Assembly (NCBI GenBank): GCA_951406725.2
Contig: OX597833.1
Location: 68,200,001-68,264,000, forward strand
DNA length: 64,000 nt
Source: Octopus vulgaris
Lineage: Eukaryota
Direction of reading: 5' to 3'
Every line of letters begins with the position of its first letter. The first letter of the stretch is position 1. The translations under genes were made by a program, and so were the position numbers. Positions 42,373 through 55,680 of this stretch are shown in pieces. The notes beneath the pieces were generated by a model. That model did no database searches. It was not told the DNA's origin and saw only the letters and a list, made by a program, of their open reading frames with translations.

Positions 42373-42927
42373 GAGTGAGAGAGCAGTGCATGCCATCAAA
42401 GTGACACTGGGGTAAAATATACGAAGCACAGTATACTCATCATGACTACCCGTCTGATAAAGGTGCACTAGGTATTTGCATCACAACCATATGTGCGCAA
42501 CATGGTGATCTCATATCAAGATAAACAGCACATGACCTTGCAGGTGGGGCCCAGTTAGAATCTTCGTCTGATCGCGTAGCCTAGCCCGCTCAAAAGGTCC
42601 CTGAATAAGGATTCTTTATGGATGTTGAAAGAAACAGCTATGTTTCCAGAGGTGAAATATTCAAACCCCCAAAAATCCCTCTCAACACATGGCTATGACG
42701 CTCCCCCACTACGTCTGCTCGGGATCAGACATGCACATATCGTCAGCCACTAAGGGACATGCTCCACTGGTTAAAGTCAAACAACCGGCAAGCAAATCTG
42801 TCGGTATTGAGCCGAATATTTGCTGCAGCCCATCTTTTATACCAAGACAAAACAATGTACGTGATAACACTTCCAATCAGTTAAGATCAGAAATCACGAG
42901 AGCCCCTGTCTGATACTGAATCAGGGC

Positions 42928-42930
<3 letters not shown>
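42373..42930 (-). mobile_element. Family E repeat, long copy (~560 bp) in (TAA)n
   Basis: Homologous to 28852-29189; (TTA)n at both ends; no ORF, tRNA head or TIR seen. Confidence 0.85.
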
Positions 42931-42966
<36 letters not shown>

Positions 42967-43176
42967 GGTGGCGAACTGGCAGAATCATTAGCACATCAGG
43001 AAAAATGCTTAGTAGCATTGTGTCCGTCATTACGTGCTGAGTTCAAATTCGATGTCGGCTTTGCCTTTCATCCTTTCGGGGTCGATAAATTAAGTACCAA
43101 TGCAACACTGGGCTCGATGTAATCAACTAGTCCCTTCCCCCAAAATTTCAAAGCCTTATGCCTTCAGTAGAAAGAT
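42967..43176 (+). mobile_element. SINE family A, alternative-tail subfamily
   Basis: Head and core plus a CCCCCAAAATTTC..GCCTT..GTAGAAAG tail. Confidence 0.85.
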
Positions 43177-43177
43177 T

Positions 43178-43513
43178 AAAGGTAAAGACTCCCTTCGGTC
43201 ATGAATGACCATGGGATTGCACCTAGAAAGTTACCCTCCTAGACACAAGTCCGGGCAAGGTTGTTTTATGGAAGACCAGCAGTCGCCCATGCATACCAGC
43301 CTCCCCTCTCCACGCCACCAGTGTTATCCAAGGGAAAGACAAAGGTCGATACAGCTTGGTACCAGTGACGTCGCAACTCATTTCTACAGCTGAGTGAACT
43401 GGAGCAACGTGAAATAAAGTGCCTTGCTCAAGAACACAACACGCAGCCCGGTCCGGGATTGGAGCTCACAACCTCATGATCGTAAGCTCGACGCTCTAAC
43501 CACTGAGCCATGC
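43178..43513 (-). mobile_element. SINE family D (tRNA head, CORE-like centre, CTTTACCTTT tail)
   Basis: Minus strand has the A box TGGCTCAGTGG, a B-box-like GAGCTCCAATCCC, the CORE-like TTGTGTTCTTGAGCAAGGCACTT and a short tandem tail. Confidence 0.85.
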
Positions 43514-44256
43514 AATATTGTTAGTGTTGTTACTTTTTTATGATTATTGAGTTTATATTATCATTGTTATTATCATTACGTGTGTAATTTTTTCTTATCA
43601 TTGCAATATTTTTGTTTCCAAGTAATTTGTTTTTATTATCCTTTAATCCATTGCAATTTTATTGTATATTACAGTTTTTGTACATCGGCTTTTTTATAAA
43701 TTATATTTTATATTCAATTTATTGATATCTATCGTCAAAATCGCATTAAAATGTGAACTTTTTATTATCATTATAGTAACTACGTAGATAATCGTGTTCT
43801 CTGAATCGATATGTAAAATATATGTAAATGATAATTTTCTTAGCATTAATTTTTTTTTTTTTATATTTCATTGATATTTATTGCTTTAGATATTTATTGC
43901 TTTAGATATGGCGCAGAGAAAAATGAAGTGTTTAAATTGCTTTTTAATTGTCATATACCTTGTGGAGTAGATAAGTGATGGGAAGAACATTTCTGTTGCT
44001 GATTGCGTTTGGCTCGTAAAAGCGCATCACGGAGGTTTAATTGATGATGTGTATGATGATGATGATGATGTTCATTTAGATGATAAGGACGATGATGTTA
44101 CAGAATTTTAACTTCATGTCAATTCTGATTCAGTATATGGCTTTACAAAACGCGGACTTGTACTGGGGAATACCCTTAGTATAAATATTCATATCATTTT
44201 CTAAATATACTTTCCAATGTAATATTTCCTTTATTAAGACAAGTGGGTTTGTTACT

Positions 44257-44482
44257 ACTCTTTACTCTTTTACTTGTTTCAGTCATATGACTGCGGCCAT
44301 GCTGGAGCACCGCCTTTTAGTCGAGCAACTCGACACCGGGACTTATTCTTTGTAAGCCCTGTACTTATTCTATCGGTCTCTTTTGCCGAACCGCTAAGTG
44401 ACGGGGACGTAAACACACCAGCATCGGTTGTCAAGCAATGCTAGGGGGACAAACACACACACACACACAAACACACACACAT

Positions 44483-44517
<35 letters not shown>

Positions 44518-44688
44518 CATATATACGACAGGCTTCTTTCAGTTTCCGTCTACCAAATCCACTCACAAGGCATTGGTCGGCCCGGGGCTATAGCAGAAGA
44601 CACTTGCCCAAGGTGCCACGCAGTGGGACTGAACCTGGAACCATGTGGTTGGTTAGCAAGCTACTTACCACACAGCCACTCCTGCGCC
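44257..44688 (-). mobile_element. SINE family B, intact
   Basis: Head GGCGCAGGAGTGGCTGTGTGGTAAG..GGTTCAGTCCC, internal microsatellite and (GAGTAAAA)n tail. Confidence 0.95.
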
Positions 44689-44724
44689 TATACTGCTATT
44701 ATTATTATTATTATTATTATTTTT

Positions 44725-45123
44725 AAGGGGCTAAACACATAGAGGGGACAAACGAGGACAGACAAAAGGATTAAGTCTATTATATCGATTCCAGTGCGTA
44801 ACTGGTACTTATTTAATCGTCCGCGAAAGGATGAAAGGCAAAGATGACCTCGGCGGAATTTGAACTCAGAACGTAGCGGCAGACGAACTACCTATTTCTT
44901 TATTACTCACAAGGGGCTAAACACAGAGGGGACAAACAAGGACAGACATAGGTATTAAGTCGATTATATCGACCCCAGTGCGTAACTGGTACTTATTTAA
45001 TCGTCCGCGAAAGGATGAAAGGCAAAGACGACCTCGGGGGAATTTGAACTCAGAACGTAACGGCAGACGAAATTCCGCTAAACATTTCGTCCGGCGTGCT
45101 AACGCTTCGGCCAGCTTGCCGCC
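44725..45123 (-). mobile_element. SINE family A head-to-tail dimer
   Basis: Junction AAGAAATAGGTA|GTTCGTCTG at ~44881-44900. Confidence 0.92.
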
Positions 45124-45256
45124 TTGAGATGGTTTGAAATAAGCTGGGAAATAGTTCCTAGCTTAGGCGCGAAGCTTATGACTGTTGTGTCTGAGAGGAT
45201 ATTAATAGAGTGTACTGCCACCAGTACTAGACTAGCCATGTTATTTTATCGAGTAA

Positions 45257-45468
45257 GGCGGCGAACTGGCAGAATCCTTAGGAGTCCGTATAAAATACTT
45301 AGCGATATTTTGTGTGTTTATTACTTCCTGAGTTCATATACTTCCGAGGTCAGTTTTGCTGTTCATCCTTTCGGGGTCGATAAAACAAGTACCAGTCGAG
45401 CAATTGCCGCAATGAAACGACTTAACAACTTCCCCCGAAACTGCTCGCCTTCTGCCAAATTTCGAAAC
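45257..45468 (+). mobile_element. SINE family A, degenerate alternative-tail copy
   Basis: Head plus the TTCATCCTTTCGGGGTCGATAAAA core. Confidence 0.8.
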
Positions 45469-45987
45469 AAATACGATTTCATCGAGTTCAAAAGAAACGC
45501 TCAACTGGGCGAGACTAAACGTTACAATATATATAAAAAAGTAATGTGGAACAAACACCGCAAGGTACTTTGTACGACGATTTAACTATTAAGCCTTTTT
45601 TCAGCATAATGATACACATACTTAATAATTAGAAGAGGATTTAAATAATAATATTATGAGGTTGTCTACATTGAAAAACAATGAGAAATTCTTCGTGATG
45701 ACCGATTGGTAAATTTGATAGCATCAATCTCTATTTACTTTGTTTATAGATAATATTTCAAATAGGAATGGTAAATAATTCAGGATGACCTGTTTCGAAA
45801 TTTAGTGAAGTTAATTGGATTTAAATGGTCTTTATTAATATAAATATGTTGATCTTTGGCTTTCTATCAAGCAATTTTATAGCACTTCCCTGGAAAGTTC
45901 CTTAATGGTAAGGGGAAAATTATTTGAACAGCACAGCACTCACACCGACCAATATATACATCCTACAATGAGTGTATGTGTATGCAC

Positions 45988-46022
<35 letters not shown>

Positions 46023-46066
46023 TATGTGTATATATCTATATATACATAGCCGTGTATGTGTATACG

Positions 46067-46117
<51 letters not shown>

Positions 46118-46185
46118 AATGTAACCGCGTCTGCATCGTTGGCGATTTTCTTCTTCCGTCTTCCCTTCCTCTTTGGATTTACTCT

Positions 46186-46220
46186 ATTTCTGAAGAAGAG
46201 CAAGGCTCGAAACGTCGAAT
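46186..46220 (+). ncRNA. Minimal hammerhead motif H2, most intact copy (within element 46118-46270)
   Basis: AUUU-CUGAAGA-A-GAGC(AAG)GCUC-GAAA-CGUC-GAAU: canonical core, GUC site and ACGU palindrome. Confidence 0.8.
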
Positions 46221-46290
46221 CCTCTTTCCTTCCTTTCCTTAGCGTCTCATAATATAGTACTTCTACATAATGTTACACACATACATATAC

Positions 46291-46325
<35 letters not shown>

Positions 46326-46438
46326 TGTATGTATATATATATATATTTTTTTTTTAAATAAGAATAATATCGATATTATCAAGTGGCCAGCATGAGAAAA
46401 AACACCATACAAAAGTAATAAAACGCCCTAATTTTTAG

Positions 46439-46492
<54 letters not shown>

Positions 46493-46780
46493 ACAACAAG
46501 TTGCCCCTTGGGCTTATTCTTGTTTAAATATAACACTTATTCGGTCTCTTTTGTATGATGTGGCGGGGGCATAAACACGCAAGTACCAATTGTCAAGCGA
46601 TGGCGGGAGAGGGGGACAAAGAGACACACAAATACACGCACACAGATATACGACTGGCATATGTATGTGTGTGTGTGTGGGGGGGGGGGGGTTCTCTCCT
46701 TGCTGGAATTCTTTGTTCCTTTCAATCAATAATTAAAACAACAACGATAATAATAATAATTAATAATAATAATAATAATA

Positions 46781-47197
46781 GGCGCAGGAGTGGCTGTGTG
46801 GTAAGTAGCTTCCTAACCAACCACATGGTTCCGGGTTCAGTCCCACTGCGTGGCATCTTGGGCAAGTGTCTTCTGCTATAGCCCCGGGCCGACCAATGCC
46901 TTGTGAGTGGATTTGGTAGACGGAAAGTGAAAGAAGCTTGTCGTATATATATATGTATATATATAAGTGTGTGTGTATATGTTTGTGTGTCTGTGTTTGT
47001 CCCCCTAGCATTGCTTGACATCCGATGCTGGTGTGTTTACGTCCCCGTCACTTAGCGGTTCGGCAAAAGATACCGATAGAATAAGTACTGGGCTTACAAA
47101 GAATAAGTCCCGGGGTCGATTTGCTCGACTAAAGGTGGTGCTTCAGCATGGCCGCTGTCAAATGACTGAAACAAGTAAAAGAGTAAAAGAGAGAGAG
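46781..47197 (+). mobile_element. SINE family B, intact, inserted in (AAT)n
   Basis: Near-identical to the 44257, 50426 and 56342 copies. Confidence 0.95.
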
Positions 47198-48239
47198 AAT
47201 AATAATAATAACAATCTTCATCATTATTATTATTATTATCGTATGTAAACGGGTGCCTTTTTTATTATTTCTGTAGTGTCCACCAAAAACTATCTTCGAT
47301 TAAATCCCGTGCGCTGATTTATTATGAGCAATTAAGGATGGGCAATGAAAGCCGGGCAATTAAGAACACCATCTTAAGGTGTCGGCAAACTAATTTGGTG
47401 CAATTAATGAAATGCAATTATTATTGACGATAGAAGTGGATGGACGAAGATTGAGATTTAAGAATGAAGAATTAAGGATAAACAAACTAGGATTGGCACT
47501 TAAAACGAAACAATTAAGACTGGTTTATTCAGAAAGATAATCAGATTAAAATGATTTAAAATCTTGACACTACCAGGATGGTCTTTCTCACAAATCCACT
47601 CGGTTTGAAAAGGCGTTTCGGAAATATTCTGTATAAAGGTAATGAGATTCCTCCGTCGAACCGAGTTCTATAAAGTTTGCAGTAGTATAATTTGAAAAAA
47701 AATACCAGAATTTAATATATTTTTGGAACTCATGTGGAAGTGTTTTGGTACAAATGACTTTTTTTTTCTGTCTTTTTCTGTTTTATATTTTCCTTTTTTT
47801 TTTTCATTTTCGCGTCGCTAAACATTGTTTTCTTCTTCATACGTCGCTGTTCCACTAATTTAGTTACGAATTACACGGGGACATGATCTCAGAAAAAGGC
47901 AGCAGGGGTTGATTGGTGCAAAATCTTCGGGGGACGAGAGAGAGAGGGGGGCAGGAGTTGGGGGGGGGGGATGGTGTGGAAGGAGGATTGATCGAGGATG
48001 CAGAAATATCACCTTAACAACATTTCACTTCACTAACAATGTTCAACAAATGTCTCCGTCATATTACACGTGCGTGCGCACACACAAACACACACATGCA
48101 CACACGCACACGACCGCGCACACAAAAAACCCATTACTTCTACACATGCATACACATATATGTACATACCCACACATATAAACAAGTAGGTATGCATAAT
48201 TTTGTGTATGGAATTATATATGCTCATCAATATATATTT

Positions 48240-48242
48240 ATG

Positions 48243-48285
<43 letters not shown>

Positions 48286-49634
48286 GTGTGTGTATATATG
48301 CATATATATATGTATATATTTATGCGTATATATGTATATATATGCGTGTATATGTATATATATGTATGGGTATATAGGTATATATATATCTAGATATATG
48401 CGTGTATATGTATATATATGTATGGGTATATAGGTGTATATATATAGATATATGCGTATACATGTATATATATATATTTATGTATTCGTATACATGTATA
48501 TATATATATTTATGTATGCGTATATATGTATATATCGATATATTTATGTTCGACTATATATGTATACATGTGTGGGTGTATATATACATATTTATATGTG
48601 TGTATGCGTTTGTGTGTGTGTGTGTGTGTATATAATGATGCCGCTTAAGTATCGGTTCTAATAATCAGTCGCTAGAACACAATCTACTTCTCGTTCACAG
48701 TCGAGAATTAGATTAACAAGATCCGTTATGGAGGAGGAGGTGTGAATATATCGGACGAAATCTGCCAAAAGAACCCGATGAAAAGATACCATTTGTGATT
48801 ATCTACCATGTGTACGTGTGTATAAAATGTACAACGTACATGTATGTGCACGTGTGTATGTGTTTGTTTGCGGGAAAATGGACGCCAATAATGAAAAGAA
48901 ATGATGTGTTTCACTATAAGTAAAACTGTACATATCCATGTTTATACGCACACACATGCGTATATACCAACAAATACAAATGCGCATACACATACTTTGG
49001 GTCGTTATGCTTGTATATACTCACATAAACACACAAATACACACACACAAACATATATGTGTGTGTGTGTATTTGTGTATATATATTTACTCGTATGTAT
49101 GTATGTATGAATGTATATAGAAGCATGCAGACATAATAAACAATGTTCGATAGTCGAAAGTAAATCAAATGTCTCAATCAAAGGAATTAATATATATATC
49201 CTTCCTTTGTCTAGACATTATCAAACGTTTTCTATGAATATATTCTTACAATTGTGTGTTGATATTGGCGTTTGCGTTTCCCCGTGAATGTGTCTCTGTA
49301 TACATACATATATCGACCAGCATACGTTTTTAAATAAACATATATATATATGTGTGTGTGTATGTGTATATATATATATATATACATGTGTATATATCTG
49401 TATATATATATATATGTATATATATATATAGATGTGTATATATCTGTGTGCATGTATATATATATATATATATATATACGTATACGCACACTCAAGAGTG
49501 TGTTCGCGTACGGAAATAAATGTGTATTTATTTATGCATGTATGTGTTTCATATATATATATATATATATATACACATACATACATATACATATACATAT
49601 ATTTAATATAGATACACGCATACCCACACACGCT

Positions 49635-49680
<46 letters not shown>

Positions 49681-49690
49681 TACATATATC
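48240..49690. repeat. Degenerate TA/TG/CA low-complexity tracts (48240-48630, 48950-49120, 49340-49690)
   Basis: Seen directly. Confidence 0.85.
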
Positions 49691-50425
49691 TTTATACATA
49701 GAGACATACGTACATACAATATGGATATAGATTTATATGTGTGTGTTATACATACTTTATGCATATGTGTCAGGGTATAGGTTTCTCAGTCTGGAAAGCT
49801 ACGCCAGAATATTTTAAAAGAGAACTGCTTTCTGATGAGAAAGCTGGGAAATAAGCGGAAAACAATAGGAAACCGTATTAAAATGGAAGAAAACACGATA
49901 AGTGATCGGAGCCGTTTTATTTGGAAGTGTTTTGATCTATGCAGATTAATTGATACGACAATACGTGTGGTAGATTTTATTGATTCGATTTATGTATTGC
50001 TTTCTACGTCATTTCAATCATGATTGAAAATGATATAGCTGGGATAAAAATCGATTGTGTTAATACTCAGACAAACTGAAATAGCCATTGTTTCGCATCT
50101 GATCCTGGCATCGCAGGTATTTTCCTGCTTCTATGAAAAAGGTCCCGCTTTTTTAAACATAGGTAAATACGCGCGTTTGTTTTTTTTTTAAGTTATCAGT
50201 TGGCATACCTGAGTGATAAGGATATTATTTCGCATCCACATGGCTTTCGGTTCAATCCCACTTCGTGAACATTCGGCAACTCTCTTCAACTAGAGCTGTA
50301 CGGCGTTTAAATCCTTATTTGTGGCTTAAGAAAACGGTGAGAGCAACATGATAATCATTATTGCAAAGCGCTGAACAGGCGTCTACGTTCGGTTTCAAAT
50401 ATATACGTTTATCCCAGCTATATCA

Positions 50426-50840
50426 GGCGCAGGAGTGGCTGTGTGGTAAGTAGCTTGCTAACCAACCACATGGTTCCGGGTTCAGTCCCACTGCGTGGCA
50501 TCTTGGGCAAGTGTCTTCTGCTATAGCCCCGAGCCGACCAATGACTTGTGAGTGGATTTGGTAGACGGAAACTGAAAGAAGCCTGTCGTATATATGTATA
50601 TATATATATGTGTGTATATGTGTTTGTATGTCTGTGTTTGTCCCCCTAGCATTGATTGACAACCGATGCTGGTGTGTTTAAGCCCCCGTCACTTAGCGGT
50701 TCGGTAAAAGAGACCGATATAATAAGTACTGGGCTTACAAAGAATAAGTCCCAGGGTCGATTTGTTCGACTAAAGGCGGTGCTCCAGCATGGCCGCAGTC
50801 AAAATGACTGAAACAAGAGAAAAAAAGAGAAAAAAAAGAG
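50426..50840 (+). mobile_element. SINE family B, intact
   Basis: Full head, microsatellite and tail. Confidence 0.95.
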
Positions 50841-50861
50841 ATACTGCATTTATCTTGCATA

Positions 50862-51153
50862 TTTCACTTGTTTTAGCCATTGGGTTCAGATCATGCTAGG
50901 AAAAGGCCCTGAAAGCTTCAATCAAGCAAACTGACATCAGTACTTATTGAATCGGTGCACTTAGCCGAACCGTTTCTTTACGGGGATATAACAAACACAT
51001 ATGTATTCATACGACGACGTCTTGGAATTTTCATAGGCCAAATTTACTCACAAGTCTTTAATCGAATCACGGCTATAGTGGCAGTCACTTAGCTAAGATG
51101 CTGAGCATTGCAATTGAACCCAAGACAATGATAGTGGTAAGCTACACAGCCGC
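50862..51153 (-). mobile_element. SINE family B, old degenerate copy, tail-to-tail with the previous one
   Basis: CTTGTTTTAGCCATT, GCCGAACCG, CTCACAAG and GCTATAGT blocks. Confidence 0.6.
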
Positions 51154-52122
51154 GTCTGAATAAGCATTTATTCTACATCCCCATATATCGTACTTAGCGG
51201 GTTTATCAAGTAAACATTGAAAAAAATTAGTACTTTCACTTTGATGGAAATTAGGCCAAATCGATTCAGTGGTAACCGCATTTGTTTAGTATAATTTAAT
51301 TATCAGTTATTATACTCTCCGAGATGAGAAAAAGAAAACTGGAGACGATCGCTGATGATTTGGTAAAATAGGGACATGATGTTCAAATCAATATGTTTCC
51401 TGACGCCCGGAGCAAGAAAAAAACAAGGTGATTTCACTATAATATCTACTTTATACATCAAAACGAAAATAAAATTGGGTCTGTTCGTTTTTAAGACAAT
51501 AAACCTTGAATGCGCATATTAATACATTTATACACATATGTATATATATAAACACATAGAAACATACACACACTCATGTGCGTATATATATACACGAACA
51601 CACACACATATACACGTAAACACATAGATATGTAATGAAGTTTTAATGATCGCCTTTGGCGGTTTTGTGTCTTGCTTTCCTGTAACCTCATTTTTGATTC
51701 ACGGAGAAAAGAACAAACATAGATAACGGGAAATAAGACCTCATGATATATATTACATTCAAATTGTATTCTGCCCGAAGGAAAATATTCTACGAAAAAA
51801 AAACCGTAAAATTTCATATATTTGAATTCCTATATATAAATATAACGAAAAAAAATTATATATATATATTTATATATTTATATATTTGTCTATGTATGTT
51901 AGTAGAAGCAACGTTATAATCTTAGTAAGATATATATATAATGTGATTCTGTGTGTATATGTATTTATAATGCACGGTCTGATTATGTGTGCCTGTTTGT
52001 ATTGAAAAGAAAATGAAAATGTCTGTAATCTTCAGGAAAAAAAGTTACTTTTATACAGAAGCAGAATCAGCTACGCAATTAAGTGTAATTATCAATTGAG
52101 TGAGTGTGTGTCTGTGTTTGTA

Positions 52123-52156
<34 letters not shown>

Positions 52157-52367
52157 CGCGTGTGTGTGTGTATGTTTCACACACACATTTATATACTGAC
52201 ATATATATTTGGACACACACGCACTTCTTCATATGCTCATGCATGCATGAATGAATGAATGTCACGTGCATCGTTCACCTACTTTATCATTTCAGAAAAT
52301 CAGAAAAAAGATTCTTTAATGCAAAACATGGATTTATCTATAAGACGGAACGAAATACCGCTGTGTG

Positions 52368-52398
<31 letters not shown>

Positions 52399-52648
52399 GC
52401 GAGAACACGTGTTCGGATAATCAGAACAAAACGAATATAAATTTGATATAGATATTCCAGAATAAAAATGAAATATAAGATACGATCCGATGGTGAATAT
52501 AAGACAAAAAAAATATTCCTCAAACTAAGGTTATCACGTTGTGCTGTAAAGAAACGCCTGGGATTCCGTTTAGATTCAGATTCATTTTTGAATGCGGAAA
52601 CTTAATTACTATTGCTTTCAATGCATTGTTAACTTATTGTAGGCAGTT

Positions 52649-52700
<52 letters not shown>

Positions 52701-54019
52701 ATTTACCGTCTCCCTAAATTATTAGATATTAACCACATTCAACACTGTTCTCAACTGAGTGTAAGATATATAGATGGCCTGTTTTGTTTGTTTTGAATTT
52801 TGATATTCTTCCTTTCATTCCTTCTCTATATTCCGTCTGCCTTTTTCCTTTTTAAGTAATGGTTTAAATTTTGCCAACCTTCCATATAAGCTAACGCCAT
52901 TTTGGCTGTAACGATACTGTATGATTTTAGTTAATATTTTGATATATCCTTTCAACCGTACAGAAATATTTCGAAATAATTATATGCAGCTGTATTTCTT
53001 ACGCTAGTCTTCGAGCCAGTTTACACAAAACTAACCCAATATACCCAGAAATATAAAATATTCTTAAACATATGGACGGATGCTCGCACACCGAAACGCG
53101 AAAGGTAAGCACACGCACGTACACATGGACTCCCAAAGGCAAACGAGTTTACACAGAAACAACTCAAGAATTAATTCACAAAAAGATAAAAGCATACAAT
53201 AAATTTCGTGCGTATCTATATATTTGCATCATAACTCTCTCATTCACCAAATGGCAGTTGCTAAAAAGCATTCGTGAGGTAAATTCATGTAGCAACACCA
53301 AATGGCGTTGCCCCAGCATGGCCACAGCTCAAGAGCTGAAACTGGAAAACATAAAATAAACATAAAATAATATACTTCAGTATATATATGTGTATATATA
53401 TATGTGTGTGTATGTGTGTAATAAATGACTGATAAATGTGTATGCGTACATGTAACATGTATACATATGTATATATTGTATATGATGAATTAACGCTCTA
53501 ATTGGTCAAAACAACGTTTTAACATTCCCATATTATAATAAATCGAAACAAATATATATTAAATCATCAGGGCTTCCTGAAATGCGAAACGATCGTACGT
53601 TTTCTCCTGCTGAAAAACGTCATTGCCTTTGGATCTCCTTCATAGATTCTACATTGACGAAGTGAGGCAACGAGTTTAGGAACGATCGTAGAGAGGGATT
53701 TCAATGGGCTCTTTTCTGGTTACAATTTAGCACTTTACTTTATATTTGCATTTATATTATTCTAATTCCATTTCCTTAAATTTTTGTCGCTTTCATTATG
53801 CATTAATTTAATCCATGTATTTTTCTCGCGTATTAACATTTCAGATTTCATCAGCTTTTATTCGCATAGGTGTGTATATTTTGTACGATTGGGTTTTACC
53901 TTTGGATGCCATGATGTTTTAATATATATTGATATTAGATTTCTGATAATTTGGGAATTCTATAGATTTGTTTTGACTAATTAGAGCGTTTATTCATTAT
54001 ACCTTTTCATTTATACGTA

Positions 54020-54027
54020 AATGTATA

Positions 54028-54110
<83 letters not shown>

Positions 54111-54611
54111 ACATATATATATATATGTATACATATATATATGTATGTATATGCATATATATATATATTTATGTATATATGTACACACATATATGTATGT
54201 GTATGCACATATATATGCATATATATATATATTTATGTATATATGTACACACATATATGTATGTATATGCACATATATATGCATATATATATATATTTAT
54301 GTATATATGTACACACATATATGTATGTATATGCACATATATATGCATATATATATATATTTATGTATATATGTACACACATATATGTATGTATATGCAC
54401 ATATATATGCATATATATATATATTTATGTATATATGTACACACATATATGTATGTATATGCACATATATATGCATATATATATATATTTATGTATATAT
54501 GTACACACATATATGTATGTATATGCACACATATATATATATATATATATATGTATACATATATATGTATGTATATGCACATATATATCTATATCTATGT
54601 ATTGATACGTA

Positions 54612-54656
<45 letters not shown>

Positions 54657-54733
54657 ATATCTATGTATTGATACGTATATGTATGTGCACATATATATAT
54701 ATATATATATCTATATCTATGTATTGATACGTA

Positions 54734-54772
<39 letters not shown>

Positions 54773-54789
54773 CTATGTATTGATACGTA

Positions 54790-54820
<31 letters not shown>

Positions 54821-55043
54821 GTGTGTGTTTATAAATGTGTATATGTATATATATATATATACGTGTGTATATATGCATATGTATGTATATATATATGTAT
54901 ATGTATATATGTGTGTATATGTTTATGCTTAAATATGCATATGTATATATATATATATATATATGTATATGTATATATGTGTGTATATGTTTATGCTTAA
55001 ATATACATATTTATATACGTGTATATATGTGTGTATATATTTG

Positions 55044-55078
<35 letters not shown>
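54020..55078. repeat. (TA)n-derived minisatellite complex: 64-bp unit x6, then a ~60-bp unit x4, then another unit x2
   Basis: TTTATGTATATATGTACACAC at 54168, 54232, 54296, 54360, 54424 and 54488; CTATGTATTGATACG x4. Confidence 0.95.
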
Positions 55079-55079
<1 letters not shown>

Positions 55080-55252
55080 CCAGAGAGAAAGAGGGATGGG
55101 TAGATAGATAGTTAGATAATATTTAGGAAAGTACAACAGCCTGACACGCATATAAATATATGTACACACATATATACGAATATTCGGGCACATACCTCTC
55201 TCTATCTCTCTTTCTTTCTCCTTCCCTCCATCTGATCTTCGTGTTCTCTTCT

Positions 55253-55300
<48 letters not shown>

Positions 55301-55644
55301 ATATAGATTCATAGGTAAAATGTCCGTCCTTTACCAAATAGAATTAATAGTGCATAATAACTTCTACATGACGAATGTATAATATAGAGTTGCAACGAAA
55401 TTCTTTTTCCTAATGCTTAATGATGTATTTATTTGTAATTTATTTTACATAAACATCGTCCTTTTGCAATTGCAAACATTGTGAAACATGAATCGAGCTT
55501 CACTAACGGAGATCTGACCGCCTTTTCTTCACTCAACCTTCTCTATGGCTATCGCTTTCTCTCTTAGTGTGTGTGTGATTATTTCACAATTCTTTATTCT
55601 CTCTACATTTTTTTCGTTCAGTCTCCGCATTTTTCGTTCCACCC

Positions 55645-55680
55645 CTTTCTGTCGAAGAGTCCAGGCTCGAAATGTCAAAG
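55645..55680 (+). ncRNA. Minimal hammerhead motif H1 (CUGUCGA core, GUC site)
   Basis: CUUU-CUGUCGA-A-GAGU(CCAG)GCUC-GAAA-UGUC-AAAG; the downstream flank resembles the 22325 and 23085 copies. Confidence 0.65.
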
